A stretch of DNA of 64,000 nucleotides from the sequence record OM782452.1; one strand, written 5' to 3'. The notes below the pieces were generated by a model. It was given only the letters and a program-made list of their open reading frames with translations. It did no database searches and was not told where the DNA came from. A program made the translations under genes and the position numbers. Below are positions 46,057-54,353 of the stretch, piece by piece (the stretch's first letter is position 1; every line of letters starts with the position of its first letter). The stretch is from Pseudomonas phage vB_PaeP_TUMS_P10.

Positions 46057-46358
46057 TGCACATCAAGCTGAGTCCGCTCGTAGTCCTTCCTGGGGACTCG
46101 ACCGAAATGACTGTCCAGGTATCCGGGGATTCCGTGACAGTATCGGGAGTCGAATATGACTTCTCACAGTTGCCGGAAGGTGGTTACCTTCCAGCAACGG
46201 CTGTTAAGGGTGGCCCCTTCTCTGGTGGTATTACCAGAGAAGGGGGGGATATCCATCTCACACTGGTATTCCCTATCCGAGGGGACTTCAGTGAAGAGGC
46301 CAAATTCCCCAAGCCGGTCTATATCGAAAAAGATGGAATCGTGGAGTTGCCCCAATGA
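46056..46358 (+). CDS. hypothetical protein (possible tail assembly/chaperone)
   Basis: TGATG overlap with the tailspike stop; the track start at 46047 is 10 nt inside the tailspike. Confidence 0.4.
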   Translation: MHIKLSPLVVLPGDSTEMTVQVSGDSVTVSGVEYDFSQLPEGGYLPATAVKGGPFSGGITREGGDIHLTLVFPIRGDFSEEAKFPKPVYIEKDGIVELPQ

Positions 46359-46591
46359 TCGACTGGAGCAAGATGAAGACAGCAGAGGAGCTTATCGAAG
46401 AGCGGTTTAAGCAGGAGTACGATGCTGTACTGGCTAATCGTGCTGAGGCTTACCGCATGGAGAGCGATCCGCTCAAGACCGAGGCCGAGTTCGATGCCAT
46501 CAAAGGTGGCACCGAACCGGACTATTCTCTTTGGCTTGCCAAAGTGGAAGAAATCAAAGAACGCTACCCACTACCGGAGGAACCGAAATGA
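46355..46591 (+). CDS. hypothetical small acidic protein
   Basis: 78 aa, no TM; ATGA overlaps on both sides. Confidence 0.4.
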   Translation: MIDWSKMKTAEELIEERFKQEYDAVLANRAEAYRMESDPLKTEAEFDAIKGGTEPDYSLWLAKVEEIKERYPLPEEPK

Positions 46592-47112
46592 CTTTCCAAC
46601 TCGTGCATGAAAAGGTGATCCCCGCCACGATGGCCATGCTGCCCAGTAACATGGACAGCCCTGCTGCCCGTGTGGCTCTACTGGCCATCGGAGGGCAGGA
46701 ATCTCGCTTCGCTTCTCGGCGTCAGCTGATCATGTCGATCAACTCCGAGGGTCGCAAGGTTCTGCTGCCACTCGGGCCTGCGAAGGGGTTCTGGCAGTTC
46801 GAGAAGGGTGGGGCAGTCAAAGGACTGCTCAACTACCACAACGCTGTTACCCGTGAGCGAGTGCATCGCTTCGTGGAAGCCTGTGGTGTGAAGCCCGTCG
46901 AAGAGGCCGTATGGAGTGCCCTGGAACATGATGATGTTCTGGCTTGCGGCCTTGCCCGTCTGCTCCTGTGGACCGACCCCAGGGCATTACCTGCTGTAGG
47001 CGAGAAGGCCAAGCTGTGGGACGTGTACATCTCACAGTGGCGTCCGGGCAAACCTCATCCCGAAAGCTGGGATGACTGCTACAAGAAAGCAGTCAAGGCG
47101 GTGACCGCATGA
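46588..47112 (+). CDS. endolysin, lytic transglycosylase (SLT-domain) type
   Basis: LAIGGQESRF matches the SLT motif I (catalytic E-S); GGAGG RBS; the track start at 46531 is non-ATG. Confidence 0.55.
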   Translation: MTFQLVHEKVIPATMAMLPSNMDSPAARVALLAIGGQESRFASRRQLIMSINSEGRKVLLPLGPAKGFWQFEKGGAVKGLLNYHNAVTRERVHRFVEACGVKPVEEAVWSALEHDDVLACGLARLLLWTDPRALPAVGEKAKLWDVYISQWRPGKPHPESWDDCYKKAVKAVTA

Positions 47113-47609
47113 CGATCACCCCCCGGATGCTCCGATGGTTTGGCGAAGCACTGCTGATCCTCGTCCTCTGCTGGTGGGCCTACTCCCAAGGAGTAGGCAA
47201 AACCAATGAGGCTTGGGAAAGCCGAATGGAGGCCGCCCAAAAGGCGGCTGACGAAAACACAAAATCAATTGAGCAAAGCATGCTCAACGCAATCGAAGAG
47301 GTGAAGAAAGATGCAGATGAGCAACTGGCTGCTCAAGCTACCCGCATTGCTGCTGCTGATGCTCAGTCTCGCAGCCTGCGGGTCCAGGTCTCCGGTCTAC
47401 GTGACCAACTCATTGCCGAAGGTGCCTCCGCTGGACGTGAGCGCCATGCAAGCAACTCCGCCGCTGTGGTGCTCGCCGAACTGTACGGAAGCTGTGTTGC
47501 AGATCGACAAGAACTCGCAGCGGCGTTTGACCGAAGCCATGCAGCAGGATTGACCTGCCAGAAGAGCTATGCGATAGTTCGTTCCGTGGGGTCCGCTCCT
47601 TCCCCATAG
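47109..47609 (+). CDS. i-spanin (Rz-like)
   Basis: N-terminal TM LLILVLCWWAY, then a periplasmic coiled coil; follows the endolysin with an ATGA overlap. Confidence 0.6.
   Translation: MTITPRMLRWFGEALLILVLCWWAYSQGVGKTNEAWESRMEAAQKAADENTKSIEQSMLNAIEEVKKDADEQLAAQATRIAAADAQSRSLRVQVSGLRDQLIAEGASAGRERHASNSAAVVLAELYGSCVADRQELAAAFDRSHAAGLTCQKSYAIVRSVGSAPSP
47311..47553 (+). CDS. o-spanin (Rz1-like lipoprotein) embedded in the +1 frame of the i-spanin gene
   Basis: signal peptide plus lipobox LSLAAC, Pro-rich mature part with Cys residues; lies wholly inside 47109-47609. Confidence 0.6.
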   Translation: MQMSNWLLKLPALLLLMLSLAACGSRSPVYVTNSLPKVPPLDVSAMQATPPLWCSPNCTEAVLQIDKNSQRRLTEAMQQD

Positions 47610-47625
47610 GTTTCATCCAACCGTA

Positions 47626-47666
47626 ACCCCCTACAGGCTTGTCGCTACCTGTAGGGGGTTTTTTTA
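47626..47666. terminator. bidirectional terminator
   Basis: 11-bp stem ccccctacagg/cctgtaggggg followed by ttttttt; sits between convergent gene blocks. Confidence 0.65.
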
Positions 47667-48245
47667 TACCTGGTCGAAGGGATCCCACTCGGTTCCGATG
47701 GGACCACCCTGCACCTGCTGGAGGTTGGCAGGGATCACCGACTGGTTCTTGAAGGGTTCCCAGGCATCTTCCTCGTTACGGGTCAGTTGACCGGTCAGTT
47801 GGAGCTTGGTGATGTCTTCGTCGGTTAGCGAGTCAGTCCAAGCCATACCAGAGATAGCAGTCTTGTAGGCATGCTCCGAGTGATGCATATGCAAACGCTT
47901 CCGTCGACGAAAACTGTTGAGCGCTGCTTCGATGGTGGGCCAAGCCTTTCGACCGCCGTTCTCGCTCACCCAGAACGCCTCGCAATGCTGCTTCAAGTAG
48001 GCCAGAGTGGCTTTCTTGTCGAAGTCACATTGCAACTCACAACCACCAACGCGAGCAGCGTCCCTCTGCTTCACAAACCAGCAACCAGTAGGGGTTCGCA
48101 GGAAACCTACGAACTTCTGTAGCTGGAGATGGTGGTTGTACTTGTTGGTGCCGATCTGGACGATGTGATTGACCACCTTGTAGTAGATGGGCATGGACGA
48201 GATGTTCGTGATGATCTCAAACGATTTCTTCTTGCTGCGAGACAT
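47664..48245 (-). CDS. hypothetical Cys/His-rich protein (possible zinc-binding or nuclease-like)
   Basis: 193 aa; GCWFV..GGCELQCD and HMHHSEH clusters. Confidence 0.4.
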   Translation of the reverse strand: MSRSKKKSFEIITNISSMPIYYKVVNHIVQIGTNKYNHHLQLQKFVGFLRTPTGCWFVKQRDAARVGGCELQCDFDKKATLAYLKQHCEAFWVSENGGRKAWPTIEAALNSFRRRKRLHMHHSEHAYKTAISGMAWTDSLTDEDITKLQLTGQLTRNEEDAWEPFKNQSVIPANLQQVQGGPIGTEWDPFDQV

Positions 48246-48462
48246 AGTAGTCCTCCATGGCTTGGAAGTTGTTGCAGAAACCCTCCACGATCTCAGCGGA
48301 CAGGTCCGCAGGGAAGTAGTGAATGAGGGCTTCTGCTTTGAGAATAGAATCGCCTTGGCACAGGGCGGATACCTCGATCCCTTCCTGTTTCATGGCTTCA
48401 AAGAAAACACCTAACCGTTCTACGGCATCGGTGTTGAATACAACGGTGTACGACTGTTTCAT
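48217..48462 (-). CDS. hypothetical protein
   Basis: 81-aa ORF. Confidence 0.4.
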   Translation of the reverse strand: MKQSYTVVFNTDAVERLGVFFEAMKQEGIEVSALCQGDSILKAEALIHYFPADLSAEIVEGFCNNFQAMEDYYVSQQEEIV

Positions 48463-48513
48463 GATGGAACTCCAGACAATAAAAAACCCCTCCGAAGAGG
48501 GGTTCTGTCTTTC

Positions 48514-48852
48514 CTAGATGGAGTCAGGGATTTGGAATTTATCCTTCACCTTGAACTCGATCCACTGGAACAATCTTCCGCCCAAGTGGGCTGAGAATGC
48601 TACGCAGATCGGCATGGTTGCCCATCGTGGAAGTTCTTCTTGATAGATCGGATATAGGTCATAGACCAGGTAGCCGATAAGCATGGCCGCCCCCATCTCC
48701 GAAACCACCCAGAAGAAGTTTAGTGGATGGCCCTTAGCCAACCGAGAAGCCAGCGAGATCAAGCCACTGATGAGGCTGATCAACACTGCACCGAGTAAAC
48801 CCCACAAATCAGGGTTGCTTTTCCAAGGCATTGGACTCTCCAGCAAGTTCAC
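48514..48852 (-). CDS. multi-pass membrane protein (holin candidate)
   Basis: 112 aa with three or four hydrophobic segments. Confidence 0.45.
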   Translation of the reverse strand: MNLLESPMPWKSNPDLWGLLGAVLISLISGLISLASRLAKGHPLNFFWVVSEMGAAMLIGYLVYDLYPIYQEELPRWATMPICVAFSAHLGGRLFQWIEFKVKDKFQIPDSI

Positions 48853-48924
48853 TGCTCAGTAGCAGCCATTTGCCATAATAAAGCAATCCTGAGTTGATTA
48901 CACGGGTACTAAACGGTTAGTTGA

Positions 48925-49149
48925 CTAACGGGAACGCGTCTTAGTGTAGATCACCATTGTGAGTGCCACGATGAACAACAGCGGCCAGATGATGATGCAT
49001 ACACCGAAGTTCGCGAACACCATCATCAGGCGTTGGGCTGGGGGTTTCCCGATGAACTGAGCCATCGTCGGCGGACTTTCGAACATGTCTGCTATCTCAT
49101 AGAGGAACCAGCAGACGCCCAATACCAAATAGATTTCCCAGTAGCTCAT
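48925..49149 (-). CDS. small two-TM membrane protein (holin candidate)
   Basis: 74 aa, two hydrophobic helices, basic C-terminus. Confidence 0.45.
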   Translation of the reverse strand: MSYWEIYLVLGVCWFLYEIADMFESPPTMAQFIGKPPAQRLMMVFANFGVCIIIWPLLFIVALTMVIYTKTRSR

Positions 49150-49192
49150 AGATACCTCTGTGAGAAAGGGGGAGTTACCTCCCCCGATGTGG

Positions 49193-50734
49193 TTAGGATT
49201 CCAGGGTACGCTTCAGTCGCTTTTCAGCGTCTTCCGGCATTCCCAGAACAACCCAGCCCTTCTTCTTGGCCTTCTTGAAGTCCAGGCAGGCTTGTGCAGC
49301 AGCCTTGTCCTTCGGGTTCTTCATGAAGGTGGCGAAGAGGGCGGCGCCTTGCTCGGCCAGGGTCTGCTTACCTTTCGGAGCAGCTTCCTTGACCGCCGGA
49401 GCCTCGGCCTTCTTGGTTTCAGCCTTGGCCTTGGAGGCAACCTCGTGAGCTACCGCCTTGGCATCGACGGCATCTGCCTTGAGGCTGGTTTCGATCTCGG
49501 TGTCGATGGCCTTGGCTTCGCCCGCGCCTTCCAGGTTGTTGGCCTTCAGCTGCTTCTTGTCGAAGCCCTGATTGCCCATCTTGGTGACGCGGATGTTGGT
49601 GCCCTTGTGGCCACCGATCTCGACACGCTCCAGTACGCCAACATGATCGCCGGCGATTGCCTTGGCCAGGATCTTGGCGCAGGTCGGATCGTCGGTCATC
49701 GGTTGGTTACGCTGGAGCTTCTTGCGAGCTTCGTCCGGCAACTCGAACAGGATGTGGTAGCCACATACCCGCATCTTGTTGGCGTCGTACTCCGGCACGG
49801 CGATCACGTCTTCCGGGGCTACCTTACCGAGGACGCAAACGTCCCCGCTGAAGGTGCCCAGGTACTGACGACGGGCGACGTGCAGGCCATTGGAGCACTC
49901 GTTGCGGCGGTTGGGATCCACCAGGGACTTGTCCATGAAGACATGGCTACCGACACGTTGCGGAACCTTGCCGGTGTGGCAATCCACGAAGTGACCGGCA
50001 CTGGTGCGACGCAGCAGCTTGTAGATGATGATGGAGCCATCATCCGCAATCGGCAGGTCACCACGCTGCATGAACTTCATCAGGTCGTCCTTGGAGTGCT
50101 GACGCTCATGGCTTACGCTGGCGACGCGCTCCAGGAACTTCTGGAGTCCCTTGGCACTGGACTTGCCCTTGGATACCGCAACCACCTGGGTGGCCAGCTT
50201 CTGGGCGTCAGCCACCACCTTGCCATCGACGACGGCGACCACGGTGTCGGCACTGGTTTCGCTCAGGGTCAGGTCGGAAGAGACCGCAGGACGTGCGTTC
50301 GACAGGATTTCATCGACAGCGGAAGCGAGCTTCTCGTCCTTGATTTCAACCTTCTCGACGGCCAGGGGAGCAGACGCAGCGTCCACCTTAACCGCGCCAG
50401 CGGTGAAGGGTTGGACCGGAGTCTGCGGTTCCTGGCTGTCATCGCCGATACCCAGCGCAGCCTTCACCTTCTCCTTCGCCACACGGAAGAAGCGAACCAG
50501 TCCGTTGGACTTCTTCTCGACTTCTTCGAAGTGGTTGATGACGTTGGCCACCTTGTCGAGGTCGATCATCACCTCGGCACCGGGAGCACCCAGGCGAGGA
50601 ACGAGGAAGTCCACGGCAGGTTTCAGCCGTGCATCTCCTTGCGGGATGCGGACGGTTTCGGTCGTGCCCTTGAGGTACAGGGTCAGGTTCTTTTCGTCGA
50701 GGATTGCACCTACGACGCAGATTTCTTTTGACAT
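49193..50734 (-). CDS. rIIB-like protein (putative)
   Basis: 513 aa immediately downstream of an rIIA-like gene and overlapping its end. Confidence 0.45.
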   Translation of the reverse strand: MSKEICVVGAILDEKNLTLYLKGTTETVRIPQGDARLKPAVDFLVPRLGAPGAEVMIDLDKVANVINHFEEVEKKSNGLVRFFRVAKEKVKAALGIGDDSQEPQTPVQPFTAGAVKVDAASAPLAVEKVEIKDEKLASAVDEILSNARPAVSSDLTLSETSADTVVAVVDGKVVADAQKLATQVVAVSKGKSSAKGLQKFLERVASVSHERQHSKDDLMKFMQRGDLPIADDGSIIIYKLLRRTSAGHFVDCHTGKVPQRVGSHVFMDKSLVDPNRRNECSNGLHVARRQYLGTFSGDVCVLGKVAPEDVIAVPEYDANKMRVCGYHILFELPDEARKKLQRNQPMTDDPTCAKILAKAIAGDHVGVLERVEIGGHKGTNIRVTKMGNQGFDKKQLKANNLEGAGEAKAIDTEIETSLKADAVDAKAVAHEVASKAKAETKKAEAPAVKEAAPKGKQTLAEQGAALFATFMKNPKDKAAAQACLDFKKAKKKGWVVLGMPEDAEKRLKRTLES

Positions 50735-53232
50735 TGCTTACTCCTTTTCAGCATGTTTTGAAGCATATGGAAGGTTTCTTCCTTCGTTTCCGCCTGCTTG
50801 AGGAACTTGGTGGTCGAGTTCGAGCAAAGCAGGTTGAACATTGGGTAGTCCTTGATCAAGGTCACCAACTCCCGAACCTTTGTAGAAGGCGAGGCGGTAT
50901 CCAAGAACTCACAAGCACTCTCCAACTCCTTGTGGGCAGTGGAATACCGACGCAGGCTATCCCGATAGACACACAGCAGTTTCCATTTAGCCAACAACTC
51001 CGGAGACAGTTCCGTCTTGAAGCCGAGTGCAGTCCTCCACTCATTGGTTTCGAGAAGGTACTTGCAGATGTTGAACCCGGAATTGTACTCATCGTCCGGT
51101 TCGAATACCCGCTGAGCCGCTGCCCACGAAGAACCCATGTACTTCAACAGGATCTTCTTGTTGGTACGCACGAACTTCAGCATCTCCGCGTGTACATACT
51201 CCTCCAGGGTAGGCAGGCCCATGGCGACGAATTTCTTCTCGTCATGGATGCTGTGGGCGACTGCAACCCGGTCACCCCATACCTTCAGGACATGAACAGC
51301 AACCGCAGCGCGGAAACCAGGAAGTTCAGTCCGGGCATGGTAGGTGTTGGACTTGGAGAAGAGGTACGAGAAGGCCACGGGATTGTCAGTACGGTGTTCT
51401 GTACCGGTCTTGGCCAACTCCTGGCTGAAGTAGTCAGAAGCACGGGCGGTACTCAGGGTAGCGTAGCCGTCCATCTTCACCTTCTTGGCTTTGACCCGTT
51501 CAGCAGGCGGGATGTACTCGATTTCCTTGGTCAGGTCGAGGACAGCAACGTTCTCCAACGAATTGAAGTGGTTGCGGACCTCGGCCAAGGTCTTCGCACT
51601 ACGGGGAGTCACATACGTGAAGAAGTGAGTACGAACCCCCTTCTTGAAGTAATCCCCGTGCAGCGGGTGCTTGGCGATGCGTTCTTCGACGTTCTTGCTG
51701 CTGTGGGTGAGAACCACGATCCGTTCCTGGAAAGCATACAGAAGCAACGGCTGGATCGGATGGAACTCGGGAAGTGCAGTAGTACACAGCCAGTCCGAGT
51801 TATTAGCGATGGTAGTCATCTCCCGCAGGTGGGTAATAACGAACCGACGGGACTGCACCGGACCCATGAGCATGTCCTTCATGAAGATCTTGCGGAAGGC
51901 AGCAGACACATAGCTTCGGATGCTGTCAGCAGGACGCTCTGGCGGGCACTTGCGGTGCAGTCGAATCAGTTGACCCAGGAGAACCTGGTCTACATCCGGG
52001 CACTTGCGAAGCATACTCAACCGGTTAACCCGATCCTTGACCAGAATGGACTTTCCATTGGGCAGGCGCTTCACGACATCCGGACCCCGGAACGAGAAGA
52101 GCCAGAGGGCATGACCGGCTGCTGTGAGGATGGTATCCCCGATGATGTCCCCTGGTTTCAGGAACTCGTTCAGGGAAGCCTGGTTTACAGCAGAGAGGAC
52201 ACCTTGTTGCATGAGCCGGCTCCACTGCTCACAAGCCAATGCCTGCTCGTTGTTGTGCTTCAGCACCTGCAACATGGCCGCGTTGAGGTTGTGCTTCATG
52301 TAGGAGTCGAACTTCTCCAACAAACTATGAAGAGTCTTCTTGGTTGTGGGAACCATCGAGAGGGATTCCCGGCTGGGAGTCACTTCAATGGTGTTCGGCT
52401 GAGCCTTCAGCACCAGCACGGAGGTGTAGTCACCGGACAGGCGAATCCAGTCCTTGCAATCCTCGTACAGGTGCTCATAGTCCTCGTGATCCGCAACCGG
52501 GTAGATCACGTTGCCATACAGTACACAGATGGCGCCGGGCAAGTTGTCCGCGTACTGACCGCGAGCAATGAGGAAGCCGTTCTTGGCTTCTTCGATGGGT
52601 AAGGTAGGAACTACCTGACCGGAGATCTCCGCCAGCATGCCGCCATTGCGGATAACCCGGCGTGCGTTGTTCAGCATGGTATTCCGGCTTACCTGGTTTC
52701 CATCCAAGGGGATGGACACCTTCAGTCCTGGATTGTCGCAAGGAATGGAAAGCATCGGAGTGATGGTCGGCAAGCCATTACGCTCAGCGGAAGACTTGCT
52801 GATTCGGTAGATGGTACGGATACCCCCGTTGGAGGATTCCACCTGGAAAGAATCTACCAGGGCGAAGGGAGACTTACAGCCCAGGCCGAAGCCACCGGTG
52901 ACTTCCGAGTTCTTCTGCTTGGTGGAACCACCCAGGGTTCCATAGTGGTCGCCCATCTTGTCCTTGGGGATGCCCTTACCGAAGTCTTCTACGACGAACT
53001 CATTGTCCTCGGAGAAGTAGACCTTGATCGGCGTGTGCTTATTCCCCGCTTCGATGTGGGCATCCCAGGCGTTGCACAGGACTTCACGTACTACAGCCAT
53101 GGGCTTATCGGAGTACAAGGTATCCGACAGCATGTGGAAGAAGGCCGCGTCAGCATTGACCTTCATCTGGATCTTTTCTTCGCCGCCAATGACAGCATGA
53201 GTGATCCGATCACTCGTATGAGTTACTTGCAT
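50710..53232 (-). CDS. rIIA-like protein with N-terminal GHKL (histidine-kinase-like) ATPase fold
   Basis: N-box REVLCNAWDA, G1 DFGKGIP, G2 GGFGLG; 840 aa. Confidence 0.6.
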   Translation of the reverse strand: MQVTHTSDRITHAVIGGEEKIQMKVNADAAFFHMLSDTLYSDKPMAVVREVLCNAWDAHIEAGNKHTPIKVYFSEDNEFVVEDFGKGIPKDKMGDHYGTLGGSTKQKNSEVTGGFGLGCKSPFALVDSFQVESSNGGIRTIYRISKSSAERNGLPTITPMLSIPCDNPGLKVSIPLDGNQVSRNTMLNNARRVIRNGGMLAEISGQVVPTLPIEEAKNGFLIARGQYADNLPGAICVLYGNVIYPVADHEDYEHLYEDCKDWIRLSGDYTSVLVLKAQPNTIEVTPSRESLSMVPTTKKTLHSLLEKFDSYMKHNLNAAMLQVLKHNNEQALACEQWSRLMQQGVLSAVNQASLNEFLKPGDIIGDTILTAAGHALWLFSFRGPDVVKRLPNGKSILVKDRVNRLSMLRKCPDVDQVLLGQLIRLHRKCPPERPADSIRSYVSAAFRKIFMKDMLMGPVQSRRFVITHLREMTTIANNSDWLCTTALPEFHPIQPLLLYAFQERIVVLTHSSKNVEERIAKHPLHGDYFKKGVRTHFFTYVTPRSAKTLAEVRNHFNSLENVAVLDLTKEIEYIPPAERVKAKKVKMDGYATLSTARASDYFSQELAKTGTEHRTDNPVAFSYLFSKSNTYHARTELPGFRAAVAVHVLKVWGDRVAVAHSIHDEKKFVAMGLPTLEEYVHAEMLKFVRTNKKILLKYMGSSWAAAQRVFEPDDEYNSGFNICKYLLETNEWRTALGFKTELSPELLAKWKLLCVYRDSLRRYSTAHKELESACEFLDTASPSTKVRELVTLIKDYPMFNLLCSNSTTKFLKQAETKEETFHMLQNMLKRSKQCQKKSAS

Positions 53233-53235
53233 GGT

Positions 53236-53529
53236 TTACTCCTTGGGTTTGCGGACACGTTTCTTCTTCACCGGAGCAATTGGCTTCGGTGGATACAACG
53301 ACAGCAGTTTCTTTCTGGCATTACGGGATAACGAAGCGGTGACACTACGGAAGAGATCGTACTCTTCCATGGTCACCTGCTTGAAATGTGGGGGTACTGG
53401 GCCTTGGCCCATTACCCAGGTATGCGTCATGCGGGATTCCTCATGAACGAAGAAGTACCGCCCGTTAACTGGTGCATGCCCGTACTTGCCGGGGGTCCAC
53501 GTAGGTTTCTTGGCAGTCTTCTTCGCCAT
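53236..53529 (-). CDS. hypothetical basic protein
   Basis: 97 aa with Lys-rich ends. Confidence 0.45.
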   Translation of the reverse strand: MAKKTAKKPTWTPGKYGHAPVNGRYFFVHEESRMTHTWVMGQGPVPPHFKQVTMEEYDLFRSVTASLSRNARKKLLSLYPPKPIAPVKKKRVRKPKE

Positions 53530-53536
53530 GATTCAT

Positions 53537-53731
53537 TTACTCCTTATGAAACACATACATTCCCTTGATGTCCGTGCCCAGCACGTAACCTTTAGGGACG
53601 TTCGGTTTTCCATAGACCGCCTTGCCGGAAGCGATGGCATGCTCAGCAGCATCCACACTCCCAAAGTGGCGGACCATATGGAGGAAGGAAGCCCAATAGG
53701 ACTTCCGGTCTTCAGTCTTTGAGGATCGCAT
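53537..53731 (-). CDS. hypothetical protein
   Basis: 64-aa ORF. Confidence 0.4.
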   Translation of the reverse strand: MRSSKTEDRKSYWASFLHMVRHFGSVDAAEHAIASGKAVYGKPNVPKGYVLGTDIKGMYVFHKE

Positions 53732-54224
53732 CGGTTAACCCCTTGCTTCCGTGTCTACGGATGTGATGAATCACTGAATCCCAGGAGAAGCACTTGATGT
53801 GGCCTTGCATCAGGTTGAAAGCCGCCAGTTCATCATGTGCTGTCTCGTAGAAGAGAGCGCTTACCCCGTGGGTAATCAGCATCTCGGTACACTTGACGCA
53901 GGGAGATCGAGTGATCCACAAATGACTATCTTCCAAAGGAACTCCTGACCTGGAAGCCCAAGCCAGAATGTTATGTTCCGCATGGATTACGCCGGAGGGC
54001 GTGGTCTTGTGCCGCTGTTCTGTACTCAGCCAAGGCCCACGCTCACAGCAGTTGTCTTCACCAGGAAGCGTTCCATTCCAGCCGGTGAACAGTGCCCCGG
54101 TCTTGGTGACCAGCACACCACCCACTACATGCCTTTTGGCTTTAGACTGGTTGGCCGCATTCCTGGCTATCGACATGTACAGGTCGCAATACTTCATCGA
54201 CCTGGGTTCCGGCTTCTTCGCCAT
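53712..54224 (-). CDS. dCMP deaminase
   Basis: HAEHNIL (zinc His/Glu) and PCVKC motifs; start refined to MAKKPEP with a GAGG RBS (the track start at 54305 is TTG). Confidence 0.8.
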   Translation of the reverse strand: MAKKPEPRSMKYCDLYMSIARNAANQSKAKRHVVGGVLVTKTGALFTGWNGTLPGEDNCCERGPWLSTEQRHKTTPSGVIHAEHNILAWASRSGVPLEDSHLWITRSPCVKCTEMLITHGVSALFYETAHDELAAFNLMQGHIKCFSWDSVIHHIRRHGSKGLTDAILKD

Positions 54225-54353
54225 GCTTGATTCCTCGTGCAAAGTCGCAGGCAGCCCAGAGGCCACCACATTCATGTACGAGGACACCATCACGCCGGAC
54301 CTCAATGACGCCTTGCGTAACGGTGATCTCGTGGTTGTTGACCCAACAGGTGC

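Noticed and set aside
49160-52602. Plus-strand ORFs of 523 and 632 aa opposite the rIIB/rIIA-like genes
   Set aside because: G/L-rich featureless translations. The minus-strand frames contain GHKL ATPase motifs and fit the surrounding minus-strand operon.
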